Source of the DNA: Chiloscyllium plagiosum | Lineage: Eukaryota | DNA: 64,000 nt | Direction of reading: 5' to 3' | NCBI RefSeq assembly: GCF_004010195.1 | Contig: NC_057718.1 | Span: forward strand, 36,715,717 to 36,779,716 | Shown here: in pieces, positions 12,011-25,599 of the stretch | How positions within the stretch are numbered: position 1 is the first letter of the stretch | Layout: the number at the start of each line of letters is the position of its first letter | The notes under the pieces: generated by a model | What the model was told of the DNA's origin: nothing | Seen by the model: only the letters and a program-made list of their open reading frames with translations | Database searches by the model: none | Position numbers and translations under genes: made by a program

Positions 12011-12589
12011 ACTGAAGAACCTCATCCCAGGACTTGATGCCTGAGAAAAGTATGCCTGTATCTTAAATAGGTTGATCAACATGCAAATTCTTCCAATACA
12101 CACCAATCCCAGAAGTTAAAAATCACACAACATACAGGGTCGAGTCCAACTTTGCCTACCCCAATCCAACGCCAGCACCTCCAAATCATGGCAATCCCAA
12201 AAGCTAGAACTGACAGTGATTACTGATCGGCCAAATGATAGAGCCTCTACATCCATGTTAAAAAATGCACAATGCCACACTAACTTGCATTCCCAAATGA
12301 GCTATAACACAACAGCATCAAGGGAGCAAAGTGAGGTGGGGATCAGATGGGAAAGTGGAGATGAGCTCCAGGATGAGCCACAGTCTTATTAAATGAAACA
12401 GTCAAGGGGAGATAAATGACCTAATGTTGCTCCCATTTCTTACTCTCAGCATGAAGGATGGATATGTTCATGGAACCTCCTGATCTAATTGTTTAATTAT
12501 CTTCCACAATTCATAACTGGAAATGGCAATTCTGCAGAACTCTGACCTATTTCTGCTGTAACATCACCAGGTTTGCACCTTAATTTTGA

Positions 12590-13220
12590 AAAGGTAATCT
12601 AGGCATTGCCTCTACCATACTTGCACTTGCCACTACCAGAGATATATTTTCCTCCCCACCCCTTTCTGCAAATACCGCTCCCTCCGTGACTACCTGGTCA
12701 GGTCCATGCCCTCCCCAAAGCCCACCCTCCCCTGCCACCGCAGGAATTGCAAAACCTGTGCCCACACCACCTCCCTCACCTCCATCCAAGGCCCCAAAGG
12801 AGCCTTCCACATCCAAAGTTTCACCTGTACATCCGCCAATGTCACTTATTGTATCCATTGCTCCTGATGCGGTTTCCTCTACATTTGAGAGACTGGACGC
12901 CTCCTCACAGAGTGCTTTGGGGAATATCTCCGGGACACCTGAGCCAATCAACCCCATCATCCTGTGACCCAACATTTCAACTCCCCCTCCCACTCTGACG
13001 AGGACATGCAGGTCCTGGGCCTCCTCCACTGCCGCTCCCTCACCACCTGACGCCTGGAGGAAGAACGCCTCATCTTCCGCCTCAAAACACTTCAACCCCA
13101 GGGCATCAATGTGGACTTCACCAGTTTCATTTCCCCCCCCACCTCCCCCAACATTTATTTTCCTGCTCTGCAGATACTGCCTGACCTGATGTGCTTTTCC
13201 AGCACCACTCTAATCTAAAC
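12590..13220 (+). mobile_element. Penelope-like element fragment (same family as 9068-10325, opposite orientation)
   Basis: Clear sequence similarity to the reverse complement of ~9140-9700; ends gcttttccagcaccactctaatct. Confidence 0.9.
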
Positions 13221-13494
13221 TCATTTAAACCAAGATTAGCTCAGTGGTATGATAGTAATGGCAGAAAGAGGAAAATGCCATAACATGAGGACACTAAATG
13301 GGTTGAAAAATAATTCAACTACCAAAGATGGCTATACAAATGGCCACTTTGACAGCTGCTAAACATTTGCTGAATCTATTCCCATTTAGCATGGTGCTAG
13401 CACCACATGCCATGATTGAAGCTGAGGCTGTAACACTTGGACTTTGCAGTGTTACTAGGACTGTGCACTCACTGTCTTCACAGACAGATACGTT

Positions 13495-14200
13495 TATTCT
13501 GGATGTAGGTTTGCTCACTGAGCTGGAAGGTTCATTTGCAGACATTTCATCAACACACTAGGCAACATCTTCAGTGAGCCTCCGAGCGAAGCACTGGCAA
13601 TTTGGCCTACTTTCTATGCATGCATTTAGGTTTCCTGGAGTTGATGTTGTCATTCCCTGTTCATTTTCTCAGGGGGTGGTAAATGGGGTCCAAATCAATG
13701 TGTTTGTTGATAGAGCTCTGGTTGGAATGTCATGCTTCTGGGAATTCTCCTGCTTCTGTTTGGCTTGTCCTAGGATGGATGTATTGTCCCAGTCAAAGGG
13801 ATGTCCTTCCCTTTTTTTTTCCCCTATTTAAGGATACTAATGAGAGTGGGTCGTGTTTTTTTGTGGCTAGTTGATGTTAATGTATCCTTGTGGCTAGTTT
13901 TATGCCTGTTTGTCCAATGTAATATTTGTTACAGTTCTTGCAAGGTATTTTGTAAATGACATTAGTTTTGCTTGTTGTCTGTACCGGGTCTTTCAAGTTC
14001 ATTAGCTGCTGTTTTAGTGTGTTGTGGGCTACCGTGATGCCAAGAGGTCTCAGTCGTCTGGCAGTCATTTCCGAGGTGTCTTTGATGTAGGGGAGAGTGG
14101 CTAGAATTTCTGGACATGTTTTACCTGCTTGTTGGGGTTTGTTGCTGAGAAATTGGCAGACTGTGCTCATTGGGTACTCATTCTTTTGAATACACTGTAG
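13495..14200 (-). mobile_element. Penelope/Poseidon-like element 3' part with GIY-YIG endonuclease and degenerate hammerhead terminus
   Basis: ORF 13877..14281 LPYI...NVIYKIPCKNCNKYYIGQTG..L.TRI; the minus strand at ~13540-13575 reads CTGAAGA..stem..GAAATGTC. Confidence 0.88.
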
Positions 14201-14599
14201 AGATGATTTTCCTCTGCTCTGCATAGTTCCTCTCTGCTGCAGTGTGTAGTGGATTGATGAAACTTCATAGGGTCCAATCAATGGTGATACCTTCTATGTC
14301 CACATTTTCCTAACCGTATGTCACCTCTGGTTGAAGTATCCTACCGGTAAGACAGGTAATACCCAGCGATGTCAAAAGGAGGTGTCTGGCCACAAATTAT
14401 GAAATGCAAATGCAACTAATTCAGATTTTTAACCCAGTCTGAGAATTGGTTTTCACAACTTTAGCATAAGTTCCCAGATATTAGCAAAGAGAATTTAAGC
14501 CTGACTGGGCAGCATAAACTTTTGTTATATCAGTAACCAATTCCCAGATAGATGTAGGGATCATTCTGGCTTTAGTCTTATGTTTTGCTGCAGTGCTTT

Positions 14600-14910
14600 C
14601 GAAAAAGCAGAGTGGCTTACCAGGCCATTTCGGAGGCAGCTGAACATGAACTAACCACATTGCTGTTAGCATGGAGTCACCTAGAAGTCAAACTGGAAGA
14701 AAATTAAACAAAATTCCTCCTTTGGAGGATATCAATTACCAAATGGACTTTTATTTTGCAATATGGTAGCTTCACAGCTATCATTAATACTTGCTTTCAT
14801 TTCCAGATTTAATTAAACAATTGAATGCAAACTCTTCAGCTGCCATGGCAGGATTTGAACTAGTGCCTCTGGATATTTAGTCCAGGCATTAGGATTACTA
14901 GTTCAATACT
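14600..14910 (-). mobile_element. SINE family B, degenerate
   Basis: Reverse-complement similarity to 29508-29720 (ggatttgaact...ggattactagt). Confidence 0.55.
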
Positions 14911-16299
14911 GTTTTGCAACTACATTTGGGTTTAAAGTCACAACCTAAATGCTTTCAGCAAATAAGTGAGGAGACTGAAAGTTGGCCAATACAGTGTCTC
15001 TATAGATATTGATCACAATGCTCAATGCACAGCTCTGAAGGCTGACATGTAAGACATCAAAAAAGAACTACAATTGGATAGAGCCTGAATATCCATCAGT
15101 AACTCAAAATGCCTGAAATCACTCACTGCATGACATACAATAAAAGTTCTGAGAGCCCTGACTTAACATCTAATGAATAGCAAGGTATTGTGATGTGGTT
15201 CCATTAGAGTTATTTGGTTCCTCTTTTAAGCTTTGCCTCATTTTATGGCAGGAAAGCAAAAACTGATACAGCCAGTAATTGCTTTGAATTTGCCAAGTTT
15301 CATTAGGAAACACGAGATCTTTAAAGAGCTACTTTGTTCACACAAAGCAACAAATTCTTATAAAATGGGCTTTATAGATATTTCAGGCAGCATTCCCATC
15401 CAAGCAAGTGAGCCAAAATTGATGAGACAGCATAAACAGAATTCTGTGCCAACATAATTCACCAAAGAGAACAATCACGAAGTGCAAGATACAAAGGCAA
15501 CCTACAAAGATATTAAGATTTTTAGTGTAAAGCAGGCACACCCATATAGCTCACAAAACATAGTATGTGCCACAAGAATGTACAAAAGACATGAAAATGT
15601 TGATATTTGTAGTGGGAATATGCATGCAAACGCAGAGTAAAACTTCAAGCTTATGCTATCATTTCTATTCTAAAAGGCAAGTACAATTTATTTCAGGTTG
15701 ATGATGAACTAGGAGAAGTCTTCCCCTCTTTCCAGAATTTACGCTAGGTCTACCATTTCTAAGACCCAAAAATTGAATTGGCAATCAAAGGCAACTGCAA
15801 AAACACCACAAGTCCAGAGGGCTCTATCCCTGCCTCTGAGGCAGGAGGCCTGGTTTCAAGACCCACTTGTCATAAAATCTCCAAATAGGTTGATTAGAAA
15901 ATACCAAGGATTTTCACCCAAATCAAAAAGTATGGCTGGAAGTCCAATTTCGCAACAAGTTTTCAGATGTCTGTTTCTGGCACTGTTGGTTATGCACACT
16001 CAAACAGGCTATACCCATTTTTACACCAGGGAATTTAGGCTGAGGAATGACACTATGAAAGCTGAAAGGTGATGGGAGATCAAAAGATAGACTATCCATT
16101 GTAACCCCAGATTCTTATGTTAGCTCTCCAGACCTTCTGCAGCTACTACAGCAAAGATTTAGAGAATGGGGGTCTGTGAAACATTTGTCATCAAAGTATT
16201 TAACACGACAGAAGTATGCAGGTGAGGTTTTATCATTGTCTTTAGTATCTCATATCTCTGAGTATATCATGCAAACATATGTAAAACAGTACAGGCAAT

Positions 16300-16520
16300 C
16301 TATCAGAAACAAAGTGCTGAGGAAACTGAGCAGGCCCAGCAACATTTGAGGACAGAGAACCAAATTTAACAATTCAAGTCCAGAATGAATCATCTTCAGA
16401 ACAATTCTGAAACGCTAACTTTGTTTCTCTCTCCACAGATGCTGCTGGACCTCCAGAGTTCTCCAGCATTTTATGTTTTTGTTTTAGATCTCCAACATCC
16501 ATGGTAGGTTGCCTTTATTT
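16300..16520. mobile_element. Older head-to-head PLE-terminus insert
   Basis: aagtgctgaggaaactgagcagg..cagcaacatttg.g.cagag versus ctctccacagatgctgctggacct..gagttctccagcattt form diverged inverted arms. Confidence 0.65.
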
Positions 16521-17024
16521 CAGGGAAATGTATTTGAAATTAACCAATTTGAGGCAAGATTATTGTTAATTGTGTAAAGGATCATTTATAGAAACCAACA
16601 TGGGGTTTAGTTAGGGGGTATATGCTGTACTGTTTAACTGAGTAAAGAAGCACAAGACTAAGTGATGACTGGCTCCAGTACAGTCCTTCACAGACTTTTT
16701 GGAATTTAACAATTATAATGTCTAAAGATCGAAGATAACGGCCACTCTTTGAAAACTGCAAGAGAAATTTAGACAGACAGAAAACTGGAAAGATCAAGCT
16801 GCAAACCTAACTTTGCTAAGCTATAGTATAGTAAATTATTACTCAACTTTAAACATAACTTTGCTATACTATCAAAGTTTTCAACTACATCTACGATACT
16901 GCAAAAAAAAAACTTGAAATCTATTATGCACGGAATTAACGATACTCAAATTGTTGAGGAATCCCTGCCCAAGGGTGTACTCAATCCTCAAATTTAGATT
17001 GATATTCATGGTGCTAAGTTTGAT

Positions 17025-17190
17025 CAGATGAGATTACTTACAGTGTGGAAACAGGCCCTTCGGCCCAACAAGTCCACACCAACCCGCCGAAGAGCAACCC
17101 ACCCAGACCCATTCCCCTACGTTTATCCCTTCACCTAACACTACGGGCAATTTAGCATGGCCAATTCACCTAACCTGCACATTTTTGGAC
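17025..17190 (-). mobile_element. 5'-truncated HE1-type V-SINE
   Basis: Reverse complement of the 7493-7806 3' half; TSD aagtttgat at 17016-17024 and 17191-17199. Confidence 0.9.
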
Positions 17191-17219
17191 AAGTTTGATA
17201 TTGCAACATTCAAGACTTT

Positions 17220-17760
17220 TTTTTTTTAAATTCCTTCAAGGAATGGTGGCTGCCTTCTTGAACCACTGCAATCCATTTGGTATAGATATACCCACAACTC
17301 CACTAAACAGAGTTCCAGGATTTTGACCAGAAGGAATGGAAATATCTTTCCAAATCAAGACAATGAGTAGCTTGAAGGAGAAAATGCAGATGATACTGTC
17401 CTGCATCTGCTGCTCATCAATACAAAACATTATCTAAGGAACTTGGTGACTTTCTGCAGTGTATCTTGTAGATGATACACACAGCCACTACTATGCTTCA
17501 AAACTGGAAGGAGTGAAGTTTGTGGAAATGATGCCTATCAAACAAGTTTCTTTGTCTTGAATGATGTGAAGCTGCTTCAGTGTTGTTGGAGCTGCAAGTG
17601 GGTAGTATTCCATTGCACTCCTGACGTTGCCCTGCAGACGGATAGGCTTTGGGGAATTAGGAGGTGGTTTACTCTCTGCAGTCTTCCTAGCCTCTGACCT
17701 TCCGTTGTAGCCATAGTATTTATATGGCTAGACCAATTCAGCTTCTGGTCAATCAAACTG
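17220..17760 (-). mobile_element. LINE family B (CR1/L2-group) 3' fragment
   Basis: ORF 17577..17789 IDQKLNWSSHINTMAT..GQRLG.L.RV.HLL.PQSLS. Confidence 0.8.
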
Positions 17761-18619
17761 CACCTTCCCTTACTTTTGATAGCTGTCAAGAAGAAGTTAT
17801 CATCTTTAACTAGATTGCAATTACATACTGATTGGCTTCAAATAAAACTAATAAATATTTTGGATTGCTTGGAGCAGGTAAACGAAATTAGGCATCCTTC
17901 AAACTTTAGGCATGTACATCGTAGGAATCTGATCCAGTTTGTACATACACTAGACAAATGGACAACGGTTGTTCACAGCAATTAACAGAATTACACTGAA
18001 TATCTTCATGAATCTATTTTGTAGATGCCAAATTCTAAGTCCTACCATTTACATCCTCACAGTCAAGAAAACATTAACTGTTTGGAAGAGGAAAAGGGTC
18101 ACAGGGAAAATGGGAAAAGGTAAGAATGCCATTTTAGGTTAAAAATTCTCACTTTCTACTCGTTTTACTGTGTAACAGCACTTCTGCTGTCAGGTTCTTT
18201 GGGACTATAATAATCTTCATTCAAAAATAGTCAAATTTCCACAGTAAATGTATTTTTTTTTCGTTATGATATCTCCTTCCAACAAAAGAAAATATTCAAA
18301 GGTTAACACTTTTCTTCCAAAGGTGGCAACCTTTCTGGTGTATTGCAAATAGTTTAAAAAAAGGCTTGCTAAATATGTCTCATGGAATGCTGTTTTGAAC
18401 TGATACACAGAACTAATCTGTCCAGCTGTAAAGTTATCTTTTGTGACAGGAAACCGTAGATTTGCCAGACTCTGACTTTATAATAAGCTGTTGGCTCAAG
18501 ATTGTCTTCTGTTGTGTTAACTTTATTATTGCTGGATAAAAACATTAAGATGCATTATTGCAATTTCAGAAAAAAATAATGGTAATATGATTCATTGTAA
18601 CACAATATTACAAACTACT

Positions 18620-18940
18620 AAGTCTCATTGAAACTTACAAAATCTTTACAGGATGGAAAAAGTCAAATGCTTGCCCTGGTTAGTGACTCTGAAACCAGGG
18701 GCATTAATCTCAGTATTTGGGTCAGCCCATTTAAAATTGAGAGCAGGAAGAATTCACTTGGAGGATAGTGCATCATTGGAATTCTCTACCAAAATAGGAT
18801 GTGAAATCTCAATCATCGAGCAGGTTGAAGACTGAACTTGATAGTTTTGTGGAGACTAGTACCATGAAGGGAAAAAGAAATAGCATAGGAAAATTACATT
18901 GAGATGACTGACTGAATGGTCCACTCCTTTTCCCATGTCC
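18620..18940 (+). mobile_element. Degenerate CR1 3' region
   Basis: ctcattgaaacttacaaaat...ttggaattctctacc...actgaatggtccactcct pattern. Confidence 0.5.
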
Positions 18941-19067
18941 CTAAGACTTGGCCAGAAACCCCGTACTTTTAGGCAAGTTACACGGGCTCCAAGTTCTTAT
19001 ACTAAAATTATTCAAATGCTTCAAACCTTGGCTATCTTTCACAATGCGCATGAGAAGAAAATCCAGT

Positions 19068-19300
19068 AATTTATATTGCACTTTGCACAATCTCAGGATG
19101 TCTCAAAGCATTTTACAGCCAATAAGGTACTTCTAAAATGTAGTCATTGATACTATGCAGGAAATTCAGGGATAATATTTCAGAAAAAAGGCAACAAGTA
19201 TTCCAACACTTCACATAATTGGTAACAGATATGATACAAGTACTTGAACAAAGGAATATAATGAAAACCCAAGATCCGTCCTTTGAAATATTACTATATA
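19068..19300 (-). mobile_element. Deu-domain SINE (SacSINE1-like) 3' part
   Basis: atttatattgcacttt..ctcaggatgtctcaaagcattttacagccaat..gtactt..aatgtagtca is the reverse of the L2-type DeuSINE tail. Confidence 0.6.
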
Positions 19301-19894
19301 AAGTAATGCAGACTAAAATTCTCAACTATCAAATTTCATGTTCTCAATCTAATATTTAAAAATTCCCAATCTACATTGTGTTTATATATTTTGGAAATAA
19401 GACCAACATTTTAAGTAAAGACAGTTTTATTTCTCTAGTCGCACAAAGATCACCTGGATTTTTCAAATGGAATTTTTACCTGATACTGTGCAAAGATTTC
19501 AACTCCTTTGATGTAACAATATCATAATACCTACAAAGGTGGAACAAATCAATGAAAACTTAAGGAAAGCAGACTTTAATATTGTGTCTTCCACCTTTAA
19601 TTAAAAAAAGACAAAATGGACTTTATAAAAAAAACTAATAAATGTTTAACTCAATTAACAAGAGGAAAAAACTCACAAGGAAATAACTATGTTTGTGGGT
19701 GAAATAAATGGTAAATTACAACCCATTACTGCAATTTTTTTGTAAAATTAAGAGTGTTTCCTTCCCTAACAGTATTAGCAAAATGAAAAGATCATCTCAA
19801 ATGCTGAAAACTTATCCTAAAAATGTGAAGTATCCTAACTGCATATGACTCTGCAATTTGAGAATGATTATTCACAAAGAATCTGCTGACCAAA

Positions 19895-21225
19895 GTCAAA
19901 ATACTATAGGAATCTGAAACAAAACACTATACTGGAGAAGCTCAGCAGGTTCAGCAGCGTCTGTAGAAAGAGAAACCGAGTTAATGTTCAAATCCAGCAG
20001 GACTCTTCGTCGGAATTGAAAAGATGTTGAAGATATGTCTTTACAATAATTTTGGTAGAGGTAAAGGCAAAGTGCAAAAGGCAAAAGATTGTTAATGGTG
20101 GTGCGATGTAAAATGGGTGTAAATTAAAGTGTAAAAGGGAAGAATTTCTTCAGTGCTGCTTCCCATTCTGATCCAGCATTGGAAGAATTGATTAGTTTTG
20201 CTTCCAATTTTCGTCCTTCTCTTACCTTCACCAGGAACATCTCTCAGACTCTTCCCTTCCCTAATTTAATAGGCTGCCCACAAATATCCACTGCAACCCA
20301 CCAATTCCCAGAGTTACCTTGACTACATCTCCACACATTCTGCTTCCATTCCATTTTCCCAGTTTCCACAACTGTCATATCTGTTACGATCCACCTTCCA
20401 TCAGACTGCTTCCAATCATTCTCCATTATTTCCACTACCTCCAGTGGGATACCACCGCTAAACACCTCTTCACCTCCTCTTCGCTGGTCAGCATTCTGCA
20501 AGGACCAGCCTCTTGATGACATTCCCGTCCATTCCTGCGGTCCTAACAGTTCCTCACTCCCCCATGTCACCTTCCCATGCAATTGTAAGTGTAACATTTG
20601 CCTCCTCACTGTCTAAGGGCCCAAACACATCATCGAGATAAAACAGCATTTCACCTGCACTTCTTTCAATCCAATCTACTGCATTTGCTGCTTACAATGC
20701 AGTGTCCTTTGCACTGGTAAGACCCAATACAGACTAGGTGACCATCTTGTGTAACATGTCTGCTTTGTCTTTCGGAATGACCCTACCTCATCTTACACTC
20801 ATGGTAAAATTGGTGTCCTGGGCCTAAAGCAATGTTCCAATGAGTATGCAAGCTCATGAAACAATACCTAATTTTCCACTTAAGCACTTTACACCCATGG
20901 TGTCTCAATATTGAATTTTATAATTTTGGAAACTGACCACATTATGACTGTTCATCATTTTTCTTACATTGTCTTCCTTCACAGCCGTGACTTATTTACT
21001 TTGCTTTCAGCATAGAGGATCTAGTCCCCTCATTTCTCATCTCATTTTTTCTTTCTTCACCATTAACAACCCTTTCATCTTTTACACTGGACCTCTGTCT
21101 CAATCAAAAGTATATTAAAATAAAATTCCAACACCTTTCAGCTCTGATAAGCCATATGGGACACAGAACGTAAACTGTTTCACTCGTCACAGATACTGCC
21201 AGACCAGAGATACTTCATGAACTTT
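19895..21225. mobile_element. Old PLE remnant (plus, ~20150-21225) preceded by an inverted terminus (~19895-20110)
   Basis: Body is similar to 12590-13220 (accttcccatgcaattg..tgtaacattt); termini are ctggagaagctcagcagg and cacagatactgccagacc in opposite orientations. Confidence 0.65.
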
Positions 21226-21669
21226 TCTTGCTTTGATAAGCATTTGAATCTCCAATTTGAGGCCTTGGATTCAAGCTCCACATAATTAGTAAATGGACAT
21301 GAAACAAGGCTGCATGAAGCTTGTAGTCATTCCCTACTTCCAGTTCTTTTTAAGCCCATCAGTAACCCCCAAACAGCACGAAACCATCTTTACTTAAAAC
21401 AGTTAATTAATTAGAGAAATGTTATGCTTCACATTGTTAGGTGCAATTATTTGCACAATTAATTTTTTTTTAAATCTATCAACTGCAAAGGAACTGAAAA
21501 TTGCAAAAACTAAACAATTTGGTCCTTGAAAATCCCTTCAAAGTTTCACCTTGGTAGCAACACTTAAAATTTATACATATGACAAGGACAGAATGGCTGA
21601 GATCCTCTATTATAAATCATAGCATGCAAATCTTTAATGTTAAATTGATATTTTTCTGAATCTAAATGA

Positions 21670-22920
21670 CTGATGCTCAAAGTTCCTCAAGGTAGAGTCC
21701 TAGGCCCAACTATCTTAAAACCATCAATGATCCTCCTAGCACAATAAAGTCAGGAATAGAGATGTTCGCTGATGACTGCACAATGTCCAGCACCATTCAC
21801 AATTCTTCAGATAATGAAGCAGTACTTGTCCAAATGGAGGAAGACCTGGACAATATCCAGGCTTGGGCTGACAAATTCTAAGTAACATGTATGCCACACA
21901 AGTAACATGCAATGATCAACGGCACAATGGCTCAGTTAGGGTCCCAGGTTCAATTCCAGCCTCGGGCGACTGTCTGTGTGGAGTTTGCACATTCTCCCAG
22001 TGTCTGCGTGGGTTTCCTCCTAGTGCTCCAGTTTCCTCCCACAGTCGAAAGATGTGCAGGTTAGGTGAATTGGCCATGGGAAATTGCCTGTAGTGTTAGG
22101 TGCATTAGTCAGGGGTAAATGTAGGGGAACGGGTCTGGGTGGGTTGCTCTTCGGAGGGTCTGTGTGGACTTGTTGGCCCGAAGGACCTGTTTCCACACTG
22201 TAGGGAATCTAATCCAACAACAGAGAATCCTCTGGACATTCAATGGTGTCGCCACCGCTGAACTCCCCATTACCAACATCTTGGAGACTGACATTGACCA
22301 GAAGCTGAACTCAACTAGGCTTAAAAATACTATGGCTATAAGAGTAGGTCAGAGGCTAGAAATCCTGCAGCAAGTAATGACCCAGAGTCTGTCTACCATC
22401 TACAAGACAAGTCAGCAGTGTGATGGAACAGTTCATACTTGACTGTATGAGTGCAGTTCCAGCAACACAAGATGATTGACATCATCCAGGATAATACAGC
22501 CCACTTAATTGGCACAACAAATGCAAACATTCACTTCCTCCACCACCAATGCTGGAGCATGGGGTAGGGGAAGGCTGGGGGGGGGGGAAGAGAAGAGAGA
22601 AAAGAGTGTGACAATACTTTTTAGAACTATGTTCATCCTGAAGGACAAGGTCAACCAAACAAATACATGGGAACACCGCCATCTGCAAGTTCCCCTCCAA
22701 GCTATTCACCATCCTGACTTGGAAATATATCACTGTGCTTTCAAATGTGCTCAGTTCAAAATCCTGGAACTCCCTGCCGAATGGCATTCTGGGTGCACTT
22801 ACACCAAAAGGACTACAGCAGTTCAAGATGCAACTCACCACTACCTTCTCAAGAGCAATGAGAGATGAGCAATAAATGTTAGCCCAACAAGCAATGCTTA
22901 CGCCCCATAAACAATTTTTT
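21670..22920 (+). mobile_element. LINE family B 3' half, interrupted by a V-SINE
   Basis: VPQG.VLGP, MFADD and DLDNIQAWADK in 21680-21880; ORF 22164..22442 DQKLN..GQRLEILQQV; tail gcaataaatg..agcc. Confidence 0.85.
21921..22214 (+). mobile_element. HE1-type V-SINE inserted in LINE family B
   Basis: High similarity to 7493-7806; ends gggaatctaatc. Confidence 0.92.
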
Positions 22921-22989
22921 TTTAAAGTAGTCTTGGATAGACAGCTATTTGCTCCAGAAACTACTGTTCTAAGAAACACAAAAACATTC

Positions 22990-23480
22990 TTCTGAACTCA
23001 TCTTGTCTCCCTCTGAACATCTGAATTTTCCAAGTCTATATCTAGATTAAAAGTCTCCAAAGTTAATATTTTACTTTTCTGATAAATGCCTATTATTTAT
23101 TCTTTCCTATTCTATTCTGATATGCAGTTACTATGAGGGGCCTGTACATTACTTGCACAGATGACTTCTTGTCTTCATCAATCCTCATTTCTATTCAAAC
23201 CACTTATACATCCTGGTTTCCTAAACTTAGGTCATCATTCTGTATTGCACTAACTCCATCAGTAAATTAACAAAGCCACCCTAAAACTTTTTCCTCACCT
23301 TCTGTTCTTCCTAAACGTGCTGCATCCTTAAAGGCTCAGGTCCCAATCTATGTCATCCTCCAGCCATGTTTACGTAATAGCAATCAGACTGTATTTATTT
23401 CTATGCATACTTGTACTATCAATTCATCCGTTTTGTCTCAAATACTGTGTATTCCATACAAAGCCTTTAGCTGTATGCTT
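22990..23480 (-). mobile_element. Old CR1 endonuclease remnant
   Basis: Minus-strand reads AIT*TWL (~23365-23385) and VMYRP (~23140-23155). Confidence 0.55.
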
Positions 23481-23629
23481 GTAATATTTCTGGAATCTCA
23501 AGCCTTACCTGTTGAATTATTGGTCCATTTGTACTCTGATCCTTCCTGTCACTGCCTACCATTTCATATGTTAATAAGGGTCTTGTTTGCTGTGCCTCTA
23601 CTGGTTTACCTGTTACAAAATGTTTCATG

Positions 23630-24900
23630 TTTAACATAGCTTGGAGGACTAGGAGTTTTGAAGTGGTGTTAAAAAATTGATTCACTTCAAGCTTTGTGGA
23701 AATACCTAGTGTGCTTTCTTTAAAGCAGGTTGTTGAAAGACTACTGGAGAATACATGATTTGTGAGAACTGCTCACTTTGCTCTAGACTTTTCTGGAATT
23801 TTTTTTAAATAGTGACTGGCTTGGACAAGATATTGTCTTTAGTCTAGTGTTTAGTTGGGAAACAGGAAACCTGCGAGGGCTACCCAGCTGATCTCATTTT
23901 TCTGTAAAGAACAGTTTTTTTTAGTTTAGGTTGATATCTAGATGTTCTTCTGAAACAAGGACTGCAAAAACTCTTCAGTACTCTTTTTTTGCGAATGAGC
24001 TATACCTGCACTAACTCCAGAGACAAATCATTTGTGATTAGGGTCGTGACCAAACATGCCAAAACATCACAGCAACAGACTTTCTAACAGTATGCTTTAA
24101 CCTACTGCCTTCAACAATAAACTAATGGCCAAGATTTTCTTTTCAGAAAATCAATCTTTGCAGAGAAATTTTTACCCCCTTCTTTTCCCGAGGCGTAATT
24201 GAGTAGGTGTACATGCACGTTTTGGAGTTATTTGGAGGGATAGAGGTGTATAGGATGGACTGAAGGGCTAAAATTGATGATGATATTCAACAGCTGCATG
24301 ACCTTGAATAAGTCCTGTGAACATTCGTGTATGTTCTGAAGTGTAAATGCTTTTCTGTGTTGGCTGCTCATTTCACTGTATGAGAGAGTTTTGTTCAAAG
24401 TCGCTGAATTTCATCTTGAACTGGGATCACCTAAAGTGCCAGGAACAAACCTAAGCCTCCAGACCAGCCATCGATCAAGGGGTTCCCAGCGTGCAGGAGA
24501 GTGGGGCTCATTGTTTTCCTTTCCTTCCTTTTTCATTTTTTATTACTCAATAAACATCAACATTTAAGCAAACTGCTGTTGTTGAGTCTTCTCTTAACTG
24601 CATTTAATCAAATCCGATATACCCTGTGATCCAAGATAAGGGGGCATTGATGCTTCTATAAATTGTAATCTGTGTGTAATATTCAATGAAGATGTAACAA
24701 GTAGTTAAGTTGGGAACTGGGGAATTTTTGTTTTGTTCTGGTGTGACCCGTGAAGTAGTAGGACTTCTCGAATAACAGTAGAATAGTAGAACAACAGTAC
24801 ACTCCACCAGCCTCAGTCGAAATAACTGTCTCAAATTTAAACCCCACTACGTACTAAAACTTCTCTCGTTTGTGGCTTGATAAAATACTGGTCGCAGCAT
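23630..24900. mobile_element. Probable LTR-type repeat(s), unclassified
   Basis: Non-coding, LTR-like composition with AATAAA at ~24549, lying between two parts of one CR1. Termini not resolved. Confidence 0.3.
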
Positions 24901-24933
24901 GATTCTCATTTTAACCATCCCAGAGATACAGAC

Positions 24934-25455
24934 TGTCATCCCGTTTCACCCCCTCAATCGAAGCAAAACGCTCATCAACACCTTCATCTTTATTCCAGGC
25001 CCTGGAGGGAAAGAGAACGATCACCCATGTGCACAGAGACATGAGTTCTCGGTCTTCTCTGGAACAGCAGTTTCTCAATGAATTATATAGTCATTTTACA
25101 GGGAGAAGCATCCAGATAAGGCATCATACATATTAATTGGGTAACCATTACAATCAGCACGCATCAACAGTAAAGATTAAGCCATCTGCTGTTACACAAT
25201 GAATGACTGACTTCACATAATGAATATTTTCACCTTGTTAAACTGACCTCACATACTGAATGTGTGCAACAATGTTAAATGGCTCTACATAATGTCTGCT
25301 TTTCCATCTTGTTAACCCATTACCCTTGCCTCCAGCACCCCATTGTTAACTGTAAGTTCTTATCTGATCTGAGTCATGCTCAGCTGAAACCCTTGTTACA
25401 CAAAACTCAGAACTTAATTCTTTCCTTGCCTGCCTATACCCTATACACATTCTCA
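24934..25455 (-). mobile_element. Solo LTR (copy 1)
   Basis: TG...CA termini (tgtcatcccg...acacattctca), 4-bp TSD agac/agat, minus-strand AATAAA at ~24990, homologous to 57448-57992. Confidence 0.85.
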
Positions 25456-25599
25456 AGATCTCACTCTCGTCTGTGCTCCTGGCAGAGAACCATATCAGAA
25501 CACATTTCACCCACACTAGTCTCTGGTCAATACATACAGCTCTCTAATCGAATTTGTCCAGTGTCAAGTTGCACATCACTCAGGTCAGAATCAGGAGGT

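Noticed and set aside
18025..18119. Plus-strand exon-like segment (MPNSKSYHL...GK|gtaaga)
   Set aside because: Isolated on that strand; its purine-rich part is just the complement of a minus-strand pyrimidine tract. Not fully excluded.
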